In this document: one piece after another, positions 17,615 through 26,586 of the stretch | Numbering within the stretch: the first letter of the stretch is position 1 | Layout: the number at the start of each line of letters is the position of its first letter | NCBI GenBank assembly: GCA_964405805.1 | Contig: CAYOPE010000001.1 | Location: 4,898 to 68,897 of the forward strand | Direction of reading: 5' to 3' | Length of the DNA stretch: 64,000 nucleotides | Origin: an uncultured Candidatus Saccharibacteria bacterium | Lineage (GTDB): Bacteria > Patescibacteriota > Doudnabacteria > UBA920 > O2-02-FULL-48-8 | Position numbers and translations under genes: made by a program | Notes under the pieces: generated by a model | What the model saw: the letters and a program-made list of their open reading frames with translations, nothing else | What the model was told of the DNA's origin: nothing | Databases searched by the model: none

Positions 17615-18122
17615 GCAAATATATAAAAGGAGTGCTAGGTCTTTATTTGATTTTGTTGCCAATTCTTTTTATTTATGATCGGCAAGTTTTTCGCTTTGGA
17701 TTTTTAGGGACAGACACCAAAGCTTTTTTATTTTCGCAGTTACAATTTTGGTTTTTTATTTAGGTTTGAAATTTTTTCGAATCCAAAATTCGATCAATCT
17801 AAATATTAAAATTATAATTTACGCAATTTTTATTGCGATTGCTGAGGAAGCGATATTCCGAGGAGCGATTCAAGGATATTTACAGACCGAAATGAATATA
17901 GTCAGCGCTATCCTGCTTTCAGCCTTAATTTTTGGACTGGCGCATTTATTTAATGGGGCCAAAGGTTTAACTATTCAAAAATGGAACTGGCGACTCGTGG
18001 GTTTAACTTTTTTGGCAGGTATCCCTTTAGGATTGCTATTTGCATTCACTCAGAGTTTACTGTTACCCGCAATATTACATACGATTTTTATCGTTGGAAT
18101 AAAAAATTTTTCGAGTATATAA
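17611..18122 (+). pseudogene. CPBP (CAAX/Abi) family intramembrane metalloprotease, apparently frameshifted
   Basis: The C-terminal 124-aa ORF (frame 3) has EEAIFRG and FGLAHLFNG motifs. A hydrophobic N-terminal segment VSKYIKGVLGLYLILLPILF... sits in frame 1 upstream. The frames are separated by poly-T tracts around 17727-17760. Confidence 0.5.
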
Positions 18123-18123
18123 A

Positions 18124-18165
18124 AAAATCGGCTGGTCTTGGAATTTGCAGTCTTCCAAAACCAGC
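18124..18165 (-). terminator. 40-nt hairpin terminator, copy 1 of 3 identical copies
   Basis: aaaatcggctggtcttggaatttgcagtcttccaaaaccagc. On the minus strand it is a stem-loop followed by GATTTTT; downstream of the 18191-18958 gene. Confidence 0.65.
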
Positions 18166-18190
18166 GGACAATCAGCTGTGCCGCAGCCGA

Positions 18191-18958
18191 TTAGTGAGTC
18201 CCAGGCGACTTCGTTTTCGGTATTCGACCGCCGAGTTCGAGAATGTGTCCCGCTTGTTCAGTGGTCAATCCGAGGACTGAAGGTTTGAGCTGCTCTGTGG
18301 TCAGCCATTTGTATAGATTTTGAAATGCGTAAGAGAACCTTGCGAGGAGCGTCACGTCATCATTGTTGGTGCTTTTTTCTTCTTGAAGCCAGGCTTGGTA
18401 GGTTTCTGGACCCTTTTTGGCTGCTTCGACCAGCCTGATTTCTTTGAGCTCTTCGTCGTCCGCGATATTCCATTCTCTCTTCAAGTCAACCTGAAGCTCT
18501 TTTTTCAGTTCTTCGATCCTATAGGACAGGTCGCTGTTGCTTTGGGTCCACAGAGGAATCGGATTGTCGTAGCTGAATGCTTCTCGAGGCTCAAACGTGC
18601 AGTGAACGAAGTCCTCATACCTGTCGGCGTATCTCATCCTGATCGTCAACTTTTCGAGTAGAGTTCCACCGTTTTTTTTCCGAAGCCCATTCAGTTCTTG
18701 AGCCGTGGTTTTGAGACTTTCGAACAGGGTCTTGTCTTCGTTCGTTTTTTGTACGAGCACGGACGTCGCGGCATAGCGATCGAAGTACGAACAGATGCTC
18801 TCGCTGAGCGGTTCGGTTCGGACATTCTGTAGAAAGATTGCCAGCCGCGCGATCATCTGCTCACGTTCTTTGTCTTTTCCCTGCGCCGAGGTTGGCACGG
18901 CAGCGAACCCGACGAACAACAGAACCAGCGCGATCAGTCCGATCAGTCGTTTCGTCAT
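18191..18958 (-). CDS. Secreted hypothetical protein, paralog 1 (signal peptide MTKRLIGLIALVLLFVGFAAVPTSAQ)
   Basis: Signal peptide plus a 229-aa mature part. Shares a conserved ICSYFDRY / FCSYYERW motif with the neighbouring paralog. Confidence 0.7.
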   Translation of the reverse strand: MTKRLIGLIALVLLFVGFAAVPTSAQGKDKEREQMIARLAIFLQNVRTEPLSESICSYFDRYAATSVLVQKTNEDKTLFESLKTTAQELNGLRKKNGGTLLEKLTIRMRYADRYEDFVHCTFEPREAFSYDNPIPLWTQSNSDLSYRIEELKKELQVDLKREWNIADDEELKEIRLVEAAKKGPETYQAWLQEEKSTNNDDVTLLARFSYAFQNLYKWLTTEQLKPSVLGLTTEQAGHILELGGRIPKTKSPGTH

Positions 18959-19015
18959 GTCATCCTCCCTTCGGATGTGCAGGAGTTATAGCATGAAGAC
19001 GATGCTTTGGTCAAT
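18881..19015 (-). repeat. 5' module, copy 1: ~137 nt identical to 19722-19857
   Basis: Identical sequence covers the signal-peptide coding region, RBS (GGAGGATGACATG in reverse complement) and ~57 nt of 5' UTR. Confidence 0.85.
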
Positions 19016-19016
19016 A

Positions 19017-19059
19017 AAAATCGGCTGGTCTTGGAATTTGCAGTCTTCCAAAACCAGCC
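19017..19059 (-). terminator. 40-nt hairpin terminator, copy 2
   Basis: Identical to 18124-18165; downstream of the 19074-19799 gene. Confidence 0.65.
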
Positions 19060-19073
19060 GTTGCTGCCTGCTT

Positions 19074-19799
19074 CTATGAGCTGGGTTTTCTGAATCCTGG
19101 CGCGGGCATGCTGTGACATTCCATGATTCGCTCAAGTTCCTGCGGTTTCAATGACCAGATCGATGGCGAAACTTGAAAGCGATGATCAGTCATCAGATAC
19201 CAGATCCAGAATGATTCTTTGCAACCTTTTTCGCCTGACTTCCACTGGTTGCGCACGTTCTGAATGTCTTTTATAGACTGCTGGTACAGGTGATCGTTCA
19301 CTTCTTCGATTGACGGAATGTCTTTTGACGAGTAGCTAAGAGCGCTTTCTTTTATCAGGCGATTGAGTAGCAGCGCTACCTCGTACACATTGTCTGTGTA
19401 CAAGGAAAGATCTTCCACGGTTCCTGGTGAAAGTGGCGTTTGAAATCTGCACGTGATCGGGAGGCCATATCCGTACAGTTCGCGTGGTAGTTTTTTGGCC
19501 AATTCACTAGCGGCTGTGCGCTTTGCCAATTCTGCACCGAGATCAGAAACTCCCACGCTTTTCTGCAATTCCTGGTTGAGATTGAGACGGTCGAACAGAA
19601 CCTCGGCTGCTCGCCATCGTTCGTAATAGCTGCAGAATTCGTTGGTTAGGGGTTGCAGTTCCAGGTTCGCGACGATGTTTTTGAGATACGCCACTTGATC
19701 GAACTTCTCTCCGTTACAGCATTGCGCCGAGGTTGGCACGGCAGCGAACCCGACGAACAACAGAACCAGCGCGATCAGTCCGATCAGTCGTTTCGTCAT
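19074..19799 (-). CDS. Secreted hypothetical protein, paralog 2 (identical signal peptide, divergent mature part)
   Basis: The first 26 aa and upstream DNA are identical to paralog 1; the mature 215 aa have diverged. Confidence 0.7.
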   Translation of the reverse strand: MTKRLIGLIALVLLFVGFAAVPTSAQCCNGEKFDQVAYLKNIVANLELQPLTNEFCSYYERWRAAEVLFDRLNLNQELQKSVGVSDLGAELAKRTAASELAKKLPRELYGYGLPITCRFQTPLSPGTVEDLSLYTDNVYEVALLLNRLIKESALSYSSKDIPSIEEVNDHLYQQSIKDIQNVRNQWKSGEKGCKESFWIWYLMTDHRFQVSPSIWSLKPQELERIMECHSMPAPGFRKPSS

Positions 19800-19876
19800 G
19801 TCATCCTCCCTTCGGATGTGCAGGAGTTATAGCATGAAGACGATACTTTGGTCAAAATTTAATTATAAGCTATAAT

Positions 19877-20526
19877 TGTGGAGGGCGCCCCTCCACATAT
19901 GCAATATCGAGATTATAAACAATTTTTTGAAGGCGGAGTTTATCATATTTATAGTCGCGGCCATAACAAAATGGCAGTTTTTCGAGATACTGAAGACTAT
20001 AAATTTTTCCTGCAGCGCCTAGCGGAAATATTAAGCCTTAAGCCTTCTAAAAGCAGATGGCTGAGACCTTTGCCTAAGGGTTCGTTTACGATTTTATGCT
20101 ATTGCCTGATGCCGAACCATTTCCATTTTATAATTCAGCAAGAAACCAAGCTTCCGGTTTCTAAAATAATAGGGAAGTTGTTGACTAGCTACGGGATTTA
20201 TTTTAATAAAAAGTACCAGCAAGTCGGAACAATATTTCAGGATAGATTTATGTCTAAAGAAATTAATAATGATGAGTATTTAGTTCCTTTATCTGCATAC
20301 ATTCATAAGAATCACGCTAAATTTCTTTCTTGGAGATTTTCCAGTTTGGATGACTATATTAAAGGCGACAAAGAACTAATCGTTGACTCGACTTTGATAC
20401 TAAGTATGTTCAACAAAGATCGTCATCGATATTATAAATACATAAAAAGTTATAATAAAACTAAGGAAGATTTGATTACGGATTTAAAATTCGACGAATA
20501 AACGATGTGGAGGGCGCCCCTCCACA
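19877..20526 (+). mobile_element. REP-flanked RAYT (IS200/IS605-like Y1 transposase) unit
   Basis: Identical 21-bp perfect palindromes TGTGGAGGGCGCCCCTCCACA at 19877-19897 and 20506-20526 bracket the transposase gene. Confidence 0.75.
19899..20501 (+). CDS. REP-associated tyrosine transposase (RAYT / IS200-like TnpA)
   Basis: HuH motif LMPNHFHFII and catalytic Tyr in SAYIHKNH (YIHxNP-like); ~200 aa. Confidence 0.8.
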   Translation: MQYRDYKQFFEGGVYHIYSRGHNKMAVFRDTEDYKFFLQRLAEILSLKPSKSRWLRPLPKGSFTILCYCLMPNHFHFIIQQETKLPVSKIIGKLLTSYGIYFNKKYQQVGTIFQDRFMSKEINNDEYLVPLSAYIHKNHAKFLSWRFSSLDDYIKGDKELIVDSTLILSMFNKDRHRYYKYIKSYNKTKEDLITDLKFDE

Positions 20527-20528
20527 TA

Positions 20529-20572
20529 AAAAATCGGCTGGTCTTGGAATTTGCAGTCTTCCAAAACCAGCC
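20529..20572 (-). repeat. 40-nt hairpin element, copy 3 (abuts the 3' REP)
   Basis: Identical to copies at 18124 and 19017. Confidence 0.6.
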
Positions 20573-20782
20573 GTGGTCAGCCAGAAATTTGAGCGTCCTA
20601 CGTTCGGATTCGTTCGAGCTTTCGCTGCCCTCGCCTGAGAGGTTGATCAAGATTGCTCAAGAGGTGGGTGGGCAGTTCGACAGGCTTGCCGCCGTTTTTG
20701 AATACAAGCCTGCCGTCTCGCCACTCCAATTCTTTCCCTGGGTGGCGCATCTGAGCCCAACGCACCGCGAAGTTGCGGTCTC

Positions 20783-21081
20783 TCATTCAGTCCTCCATGG
20801 CAGGCATCGCATCCAGGCAGCCTGTGGAATTTCGACCCGAACATCCGGGTGTTCTTCGAGGAAGAGCTTCAGGCTTTCGGGAAGAAGCCCTCCTCGCAGG
20901 CGCTCGCCAATGGCTGCGGGTGTGACGTCGCGCAGCAGAATTCCGATCATGGCTTCGAGGCCATGGATTCGCCGCACGTCACAGTCGCACTTTTCGTCGT
21001 GACATTTGTGCGTGATGCTTGTCGCCATTTCACCTCGGATCGCAGACACCACGGCCAGATCGCTTGCAGTGTAGAACATCG
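20783..21081 (-). CDS. Hypothetical protein in GC-rich segment
   Basis: ATG (MFYTASD...) 8 nt after AAGGAGG on the minus strand. Contains HKCHDEKCDC. Confidence 0.4.
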
Positions 21082-21324
21082 CTCCGTTCCTCCTTTGTAC
21101 CAAAAAAGCCGCCTTCTTTCGAAGGCGGCTTAAGATTGGCAAATAAAGTTATCTATGCCAAAAAGTCACCTTCGGCTGAAGGCTTCTTGGCTTTCTTGCT
21201 TTGTGACAGAATTAAATTCATAGATAACGTAAAGATATGTTAGAGGAATTGGTAAGGATTGTCAAACACAGAGTGGGTGGAAACGTCACGCGAACGTGGC
21301 GTCTCCACCCGTATCTGCTCTGCA

Positions 21325-21639
21325 TTACTCAGGTGACCGATACGGGAAGTGTGTTTTGTGCGTCCAGTTGCTGCCCATGGTCTTTTTGTAGAGCAACACG
21401 CCTGTGCCCCACTCAGTGACGAAGACGTCGCTTCGGTACTGCTTACCATCGAAGCAGCCGATCTCCCAGGTCAGCGGCGGGTAGAGTTCGCCGCCGCCGA
21501 TCGGTCGATCCTCGCGACTGCTGTCCACGCACACCACGCGGATCCCATGTTCCTTGAACACGATCTCGTTCGGCGCTGCCAACACCCAGAGAAGGAAACC
21601 AATGAGCGCCACGAGCATTGCTTTCTTCAGAATTTCCAT
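21325..21639 (-). CDS. Hypothetical small secreted protein in GC-rich segment
   Basis: MEILKKAMLVALIGFLLWVLAAP is signal-peptide-like; RBS GAGGTG. Confidence 0.4.
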   Translation of the reverse strand: MEILKKAMLVALIGFLLWVLAAPNEIVFKEHGIRVVCVDSSREDRPIGGGELYPPLTWEIGCFDGKQYRSDVFVTEWGTGVLLYKKTMGSNWTHKTHFPYRSPE

Positions 21640-21830
21640 CGCGCACCTCGCAGAAGAGTTGTAAACTACAGAGCATCTGTTTCCGAGCAATTTCGCCAGG
21701 AATTTGGCAAGTTTGCTACAGACGCAGATAACTATAGTTGATTCTAAATTATCTACTTTCTGGGACTTTTGTCAAATGCCGAGATCTTGAAAAAAATCCC
21801 AAAATCTGTATAATACCTAGGCCCTTATGA

Positions 21831-21905
21831 GGGTGCGTAGCTCAGTGGTAGAGCACCTGCCTTTTAAGCAGAGGGTCGCGCGTTCGATCCGCGCCGCACC
21901 CACCA
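21831..21905 (+). tRNA. tRNA-Lys (anticodon UUU as read)
   Basis: 75-nt cloverleaf: acceptor GGGTGCG/CGCACCC, D-arm GCTCAGTGGTAGAGC, anticodon loop CUUUUAA, T-arm GCGCG-TTCGATC-CGCGC, 3' CCA. Confidence 0.8.
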
Positions 21906-21911
21906 AGAATC

Positions 21912-22385
21912 ATGAATGACGAATCATATTTTTTACGACGAATAATTCAGCCAGGACTTCTGGGGCTCATGGACGGCTCAGTCTCAACCCTTGCCCCATT
22001 GTTTGCTGCTGCCTTTGCCACGCGAAACCCGCATGTGGCTTTTTTGATCGGCACATCTGCTGCCACTGGCGCTGCTATTTCTATGGCCTTTGCCGAAGGC
22101 TTGTCTGACAGTGGGGAGCTCACAGGGCGAGGACAACCAGTCATGCGTGGCTCGATCACGGGCCTGATGACTTTTTTTGGTGGCATTCTTCACACATTAC
22201 CATTTTTACTTCGCGATTTGCATGAGGCATTGTATCTTGCATATTTTATAGTTGGCATTGAGCTGATCTGCATTGCATTTATCCGATACCGATACATGAA
22301 AATGAATTTTTGGTGGTCCATGGTGCAGGTGGTGGTCGGCGGGGTACTAGTTTTTCTGGCAGGTTTCTTGATCGGGAGTAGCTAA
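21912..22385 (+). CDS. VIT1/CCC1 family membrane protein
   Basis: Gly/Ala-rich TM helices ...LMDGSVSTLAPLFAAAFA... typical of the VIT family. Confidence 0.6.
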   Translation: MNDESYFLRRIIQPGLLGLMDGSVSTLAPLFAAAFATRNPHVAFLIGTSAATGAAISMAFAEGLSDSGELTGRGQPVMRGSITGLMTFFGGILHTLPFLLRDLHEALYLAYFIVGIELICIAFIRYRYMKMNFWWSMVQVVVGGVLVFLAGFLIGSS

Positions 22386-23068
22386 TGCTGGAAAGACTTC
22401 AAAAATACATTTCCCAGGCAGGGATAGCCTCGCGCAGACACGCTGAGGAGCTGATTGTGGCTGGAAAAGTTAAGGTTAATGGCCAAGTTGTAAAGCAACT
22501 TGGGACCAAAGTTGATCCTGCGAAAGATCAGGTAGAAGTTGAAGGCAAAAAAATTCGTTTGCAGAAGCTGGTTTACCTTATGATGAACAAGCCGAAGCGG
22601 ACTATGACTACCAGGCACGATCCGCGGGCGCGAAAAACCGTGTTTGAATTGCTGCCACCGAACCTCCGAAACGTGGTCTGGCCAGTGGGCCGACTCGACT
22701 TTGATACCGAAGGACTTTTGCTGTTTACAAACGACGGTGATCTGACACAGATGTTGACTCATCCGTCCAATGAACACGAAAAAGAATACGAAGTTGAGCT
22801 AGACAAAGAATTATCTCCTGGGCGAATTGAGAAGATCGAAACCGGCATGATGATTGATGGCAAAAAAACTGCGCCGAGTACCATTCGTACGAATGGTACT
22901 ACAGTGTATATCACGATTCATGAGGGCATGAATCGGCAGGTCAGGAAAATGTTTGGCAGCCTCGGCTACTCGGTTCGAAACCTCAGGCGCATCCGAATTG
23001 GCAAATTAAAACTGAATGATTTACAATTAGGGCAGTACAAAATTATTGACAGAAAGGATATAATTTAA
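22385..23068 (+). CDS. rRNA pseudouridine synthase (RsuA/RluB family)
   Basis: S4 domain ...ASRRHAEELIVAGKVKVNG... and catalytic VWPVGRLDFDTEGLLLFTNDGDL. Confidence 0.85.
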   Translation: MLERLQKYISQAGIASRRHAEELIVAGKVKVNGQVVKQLGTKVDPAKDQVEVEGKKIRLQKLVYLMMNKPKRTMTTRHDPRARKTVFELLPPNLRNVVWPVGRLDFDTEGLLLFTNDGDLTQMLTHPSNEHEKEYEVELDKELSPGRIEKIETGMMIDGKKTAPSTIRTNGTTVYITIHEGMNRQVRKMFGSLGYSVRNLRRIRIGKLKLNDLQLGQYKIIDRKDII

Positions 23069-23382
23069 TGCCAGAAGGTGAATTTCATGAACGAAGAGAA
23101 GATACATACGATTTGGAATCGGCCAAGCAACACCTGCTCGATATGTATGCGAGACTGGCACCGTTTATAAAGATGGATGAGGAGAAAAACAAAGAGGCTA
23201 GGATGGTGATAAAGGATTTAGAGAAAGTCACAAGCACTCTGGACATTAAGGCAAGATTTGAAAAGATGAAAACACTGCTTCCAGAACTTGAGCAAAGACA
23301 AATGTCCGAAGAAGATCTAAAAGTTCTTGAGGATAATTTAGCAACTCTAGACCGTCTGAGAAAAAAAGCTTCCGGGAAGTAA
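23068..23382 (+). CDS. Hypothetical coiled-coil protein
   Basis: 104-aa ORF translationally coupled to the upstream gene. Confidence 0.45.
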   Translation: MPEGEFHERREDTYDLESAKQHLLDMYARLAPFIKMDEEKNKEARMVIKDLEKVTSTLDIKARFEKMKTLLPELEQRQMSEEDLKVLEDNLATLDRLRKKASGK

Positions 23383-23388
23383 CTTGTA

Positions 23389-24630
23389 ATGCGGAAACAA
23401 ACAACACAAGAAAAAAAACAGATAGTAATACTCGGTGGCGGGTTCGCTGGCGTGCGAGCGGCTTTAGATTTGGATGATTACCTGCATGATGATGAAAATT
23501 ACGAAATCATTCTCATCGATCGGAAAGATTATCAGTGCTATCACGCTGGCCTCTACGAAGCAGCTACCACAGAGCATACTTTAGTAGCTGCGCGCAAAGT
23601 CAAACGGACTGTGGCCATTCCTTTTAGCGATATTTTTCCTCACACGAAAGTGAAAGTCTATAAAGCATATATTGAGCGGATCGATACAGTCAGTGGTAAG
23701 GTCGTGACTGATTCAAAAATTATACCTTATGATTACCTGGTCGTAGCTATGGGTAGCATGGCGGATTTTTATGATATTCCGAATCTCGACAAGTATGGCT
23801 ATACCCTGAAAAATTTGGAAGATGCGATCATGATTCGTAATCGGATCGAGGATTTGGTCATGAAAAATGATCAAGGGCAAATAATTATCGGCGGCGGCGG
23901 GTTTGCTGGAGTAGAATTCGCTTCAGAACTTCATAATTTGCTCAAGCATGAATGCCGAGATCATCAGAAAGACCCGAGCAAGTTTAAAATATTGATTGTC
24001 GAAGGTGGCACGAATTTTCTTCCCGGCCTTTCTGAGAAAGTTTCAGGCATGGTAGCAAGCAGAATGGCAGAGATGGGAGTGGAATCCAAGTTTAGCAGCC
24101 TGATCACTGAAGTAGGGAGTGATTTTGTCATGTTGAACATGAAAGATCGGATGCCTGCTGATCTACTGATCTGGACCGGGGGAGTCAGGTCGTGCGTCCT
24201 GCCAGTCGACTGTGCGCTCGAGCATGATAAAAAAGACCGGACCCTGACTTTGCCATCACTAAACCTGGGTCATTGCACAAATATTTTTATTATCGGCGAC
24301 AATCTCTGCATGGTGGATCCAATGACGAAAAAAATGGTGCCGCAAACTGCCCAGGAAGCAGTTCACCAGGGCAAACTAGCGGCGAAAAATATTTATCGCA
24401 TGATAAAAAACAAAACTCTACTGCCGTATCATCCGACTAGCTTGCGTTATGTCATTCCTGTGGGCGGCAAATTTGCCATCATGTATAGCCCGAACCTGAT
24501 CATTTCTGGCTTCTGGGGCTGGGTGATTCGTAAGGCTGCTGACCTGCGGTATTTCATGTCAGTTCTACCGATCTGGAAAGCTCTGGGCTACTGGCTGTTT
24601 GAAAATAATATTTTTATGAAAAATGATTAA
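23389..24630 (+). CDS. FAD/NAD(P)-binding oxidoreductase (type II NADH dehydrogenase-like)
   Basis: IVILGGGFAGV and a second IIIGGGGFAGVE dinucleotide-binding motif. Confidence 0.75.
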   Translation: MRKQTTQEKKQIVILGGGFAGVRAALDLDDYLHDDENYEIILIDRKDYQCYHAGLYEAATTEHTLVAARKVKRTVAIPFSDIFPHTKVKVYKAYIERIDTVSGKVVTDSKIIPYDYLVVAMGSMADFYDIPNLDKYGYTLKNLEDAIMIRNRIEDLVMKNDQGQIIIGGGGFAGVEFASELHNLLKHECRDHQKDPSKFKILIVEGGTNFLPGLSEKVSGMVASRMAEMGVESKFSSLITEVGSDFVMLNMKDRMPADLLIWTGGVRSCVLPVDCALEHDKKDRTLTLPSLNLGHCTNIFIIGDNLCMVDPMTKKMVPQTAQEAVHQGKLAAKNIYRMIKNKTLLPYHPTSLRYVIPVGGKFAIMYSPNLIISGFWGWVIRKAADLRYFMSVLPIWKALGYWLFENNIFMKND

Positions 24631-24636
24631 ATAATT

Positions 24637-25308
24637 ATGATATTTTCTCATTCAGTATTACCAATTTTAATTCTTTGGTTCGGAGTAGTGGTTTGGCATT
24701 TGATCAGATATCATACTTTCAAGTTCCATAAATTTAGATTTTCTGTAGGCAATCATTACTTAATGATGTCCAGTTTTGTCATAGGTTTACTACTTTATGC
24801 TTATGACATTCATTCGGTTAAGCCCATCATTATGTTTTTTGGATTTGCTTTGGCTGGAATCTCTGGTGTTATTTACGAAGAGTTGTTTGGTAAACATTTC
24901 TTACGAAGACGAGATCGAAAAGTCCACTGGTCTTGGTTTATTACGAGTTTTATCGGTTTAGTAATTTTAATTACCTGGTTTTTTTATTCCCGAGTGGGTA
25001 TTAATTCTATTTATGCCACTTCCATAGCATTTGTATGTATCGCAATATGTATAATTTTTATACGAAGAGATTTAATTTGGGATTCTCTACTAAGCGGAAT
25101 ATTAGTAGCATGTGTTATGTTATTAAGCTATCTAATTTTTTTAACGATTTTTCCTGAAGCGATAAAAAGATGGTGGTTTTTAAACAATATCAGTGGCATT
25201 TTGTTTTTAGGCATACCAATTGAGGAATTACTTTGGGCATTTTCCTGGGGACTCGTAGGCGGTCCAATCTACGAATTTATGGTGGGATTAAAATTTAAGA
25301 AGAGATAA
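24637..25308 (+). CDS. Hypothetical membrane protein
   Basis: Multiple TM helices; no family assigned. Confidence 0.5.
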   Translation: MIFSHSVLPILILWFGVVVWHLIRYHTFKFHKFRFSVGNHYLMMSSFVIGLLLYAYDIHSVKPIIMFFGFALAGISGVIYEELFGKHFLRRRDRKVHWSWFITSFIGLVILITWFFYSRVGINSIYATSIAFVCIAICIIFIRRDLIWDSLLSGILVACVMLLSYLIFLTIFPEAIKRWWFLNNISGILFLGIPIEELLWAFSWGLVGGPIYEFMVGLKFKKR

Positions 25309-25352
25309 ACCGGCCTTTTTTGTTTTGTCCAAATTTGATAGAATGAGTCACT

Positions 25353-26435
25353 ATGAACCGAGGTTTCTGGGATAAACTAAAAAAACCGATAATGGCTCTC
25401 GCGCCCATGGCGGATGTGACGGATGCGGTTTTCAGGCAGATAATCGCCAAGTACGGCAAGCCTGCCCGCCATGCCTCGGACGAGGCTCATCAACAAGGTG
25501 TGGCAGGCGGGCCTGACGTATTTTTTACAGAATTCGTGTCCACGGACGGGCTTATGTCAGAAGGACGCAAGCGATTGCTGGTGGATTTTTGGTATGGCGA
25601 AAACGAGCATCCGATAGTGGCGCAGATTTTCGGATCCGTACCAGAAAAATTTGAGCAAGTAGCGAAGATGATCGTGGAGCTGGGGTTTGACGGCGTGGAT
25701 ATAAACATGGGCTGCCCAGTAAAAAAAGTGCTCAATCAGAATTCCTGCTCAGCCCTGATCCGAACGCCGAAGCTGGCGCAAGAAATCGTGGAAGCGACCA
25801 AGCGCGGTGCTGGCAATCTGCCAGTATCCATAAAAACCCGAATTGGATTTAACAAAATTGACATTGAGAACTGGATCCCAACGCTTCTTCAGACGAAGCC
25901 AGCGGCACTGACTGTGCATTTGCGCACTGTGAAAGAAATGTCTTTGGTCCCAGCTCACTGGGAGCTCATGCCGAGGATTGTGGAGCTTGTAAATCAGCAG
26001 GCTCCGGAAGATCGCCCTCTGATTCTGGGCAATGGAGATGTGAAGACGGTGACAGAAGCCGAAGAAAAATGCGCGCAGACAGGTGCGGACGGGGTGATGA
26101 TAGGGCGAGGGATCTTTGGCAACCCGTGGCTTTTCTCCTCCCCTAGAATAGGGGAGGTTGGGAGGGGTAGAACCTATACTCCGTCAGTATCCGAAAAACT
26201 TCGAGTCATGATTGAGCACACGAAACTGTTTGAAGAGAAATTTAAAGGCTTAAAAAATTTTGACATCATGAAAAAGCACTACAAAGCCTATGTCAACGGC
26301 TTTGATGGCGCGAAGGAACTGCGCACGAAATTGATGGAAGCGAAAACGGCTGCTGAAGTAGAAAGTTTAGTTCAAGAATTTCTAGTTGCCACCTCTCTGC
26401 CGCTGCGCGGCATCTCTCCTGGGAGGAGAGAATAA
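25353..26435 (+). CDS. dus: tRNA-dihydrouridine synthase
   Basis: ALAPMADVTD...MGCP...IGRG motifs. Carries an in-frame 36-nt copy of the R1/R2 repeat (26135-26172, peptide SSPRIGEVGRGR). Confidence 0.88.
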   Translation: MNRGFWDKLKKPIMALAPMADVTDAVFRQIIAKYGKPARHASDEAHQQGVAGGPDVFFTEFVSTDGLMSEGRKRLLVDFWYGENEHPIVAQIFGSVPEKFEQVAKMIVELGFDGVDINMGCPVKKVLNQNSCSALIRTPKLAQEIVEATKRGAGNLPVSIKTRIGFNKIDIENWIPTLLQTKPAALTVHLRTVKEMSLVPAHWELMPRIVELVNQQAPEDRPLILGNGDVKTVTEAEEKCAQTGADGVMIGRGIFGNPWLFSSPRIGEVGRGRTYTPSVSEKLRVMIEHTKLFEEKFKGLKNFDIMKKHYKAYVNGFDGAKELRTKLMEAKTAAEVESLVQEFLVATSLPLRGISPGRRE

Positions 26436-26544
26436 TCTGAAAGTGACTATCGCAATGCTGAACTCGTTTCAGCATCTCAAATAAGATCCTGAAACCCGCC
26501 TGACCGGACGGGCAGGTAAATTCAGGATTGCTGGTTATGTGAGA

Positions 26545-26586
26545 CCTCCTCTTAATCTCCTCCTTAAAAGGAGGAGAGATAACTGC
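26545..26586. repeat. 42-nt GC-rich palindromic repeat, copy 1 (exact second copy at 58004-58045)
   Basis: cctcctcttaatctcctccttaaaaggaggagagataactgc; contains the hairpin ctcctcc-ttaaaa-ggaggag. Confidence 0.85.

Noticed and set aside
20505-21002. 165-aa plus-strand ORF starting inside the 3' REP
   Set aside because: Starts within the palindrome and hairpin repeats, overlaps better-supported minus-strand ORFs, and has Arg/Ser-rich composition.
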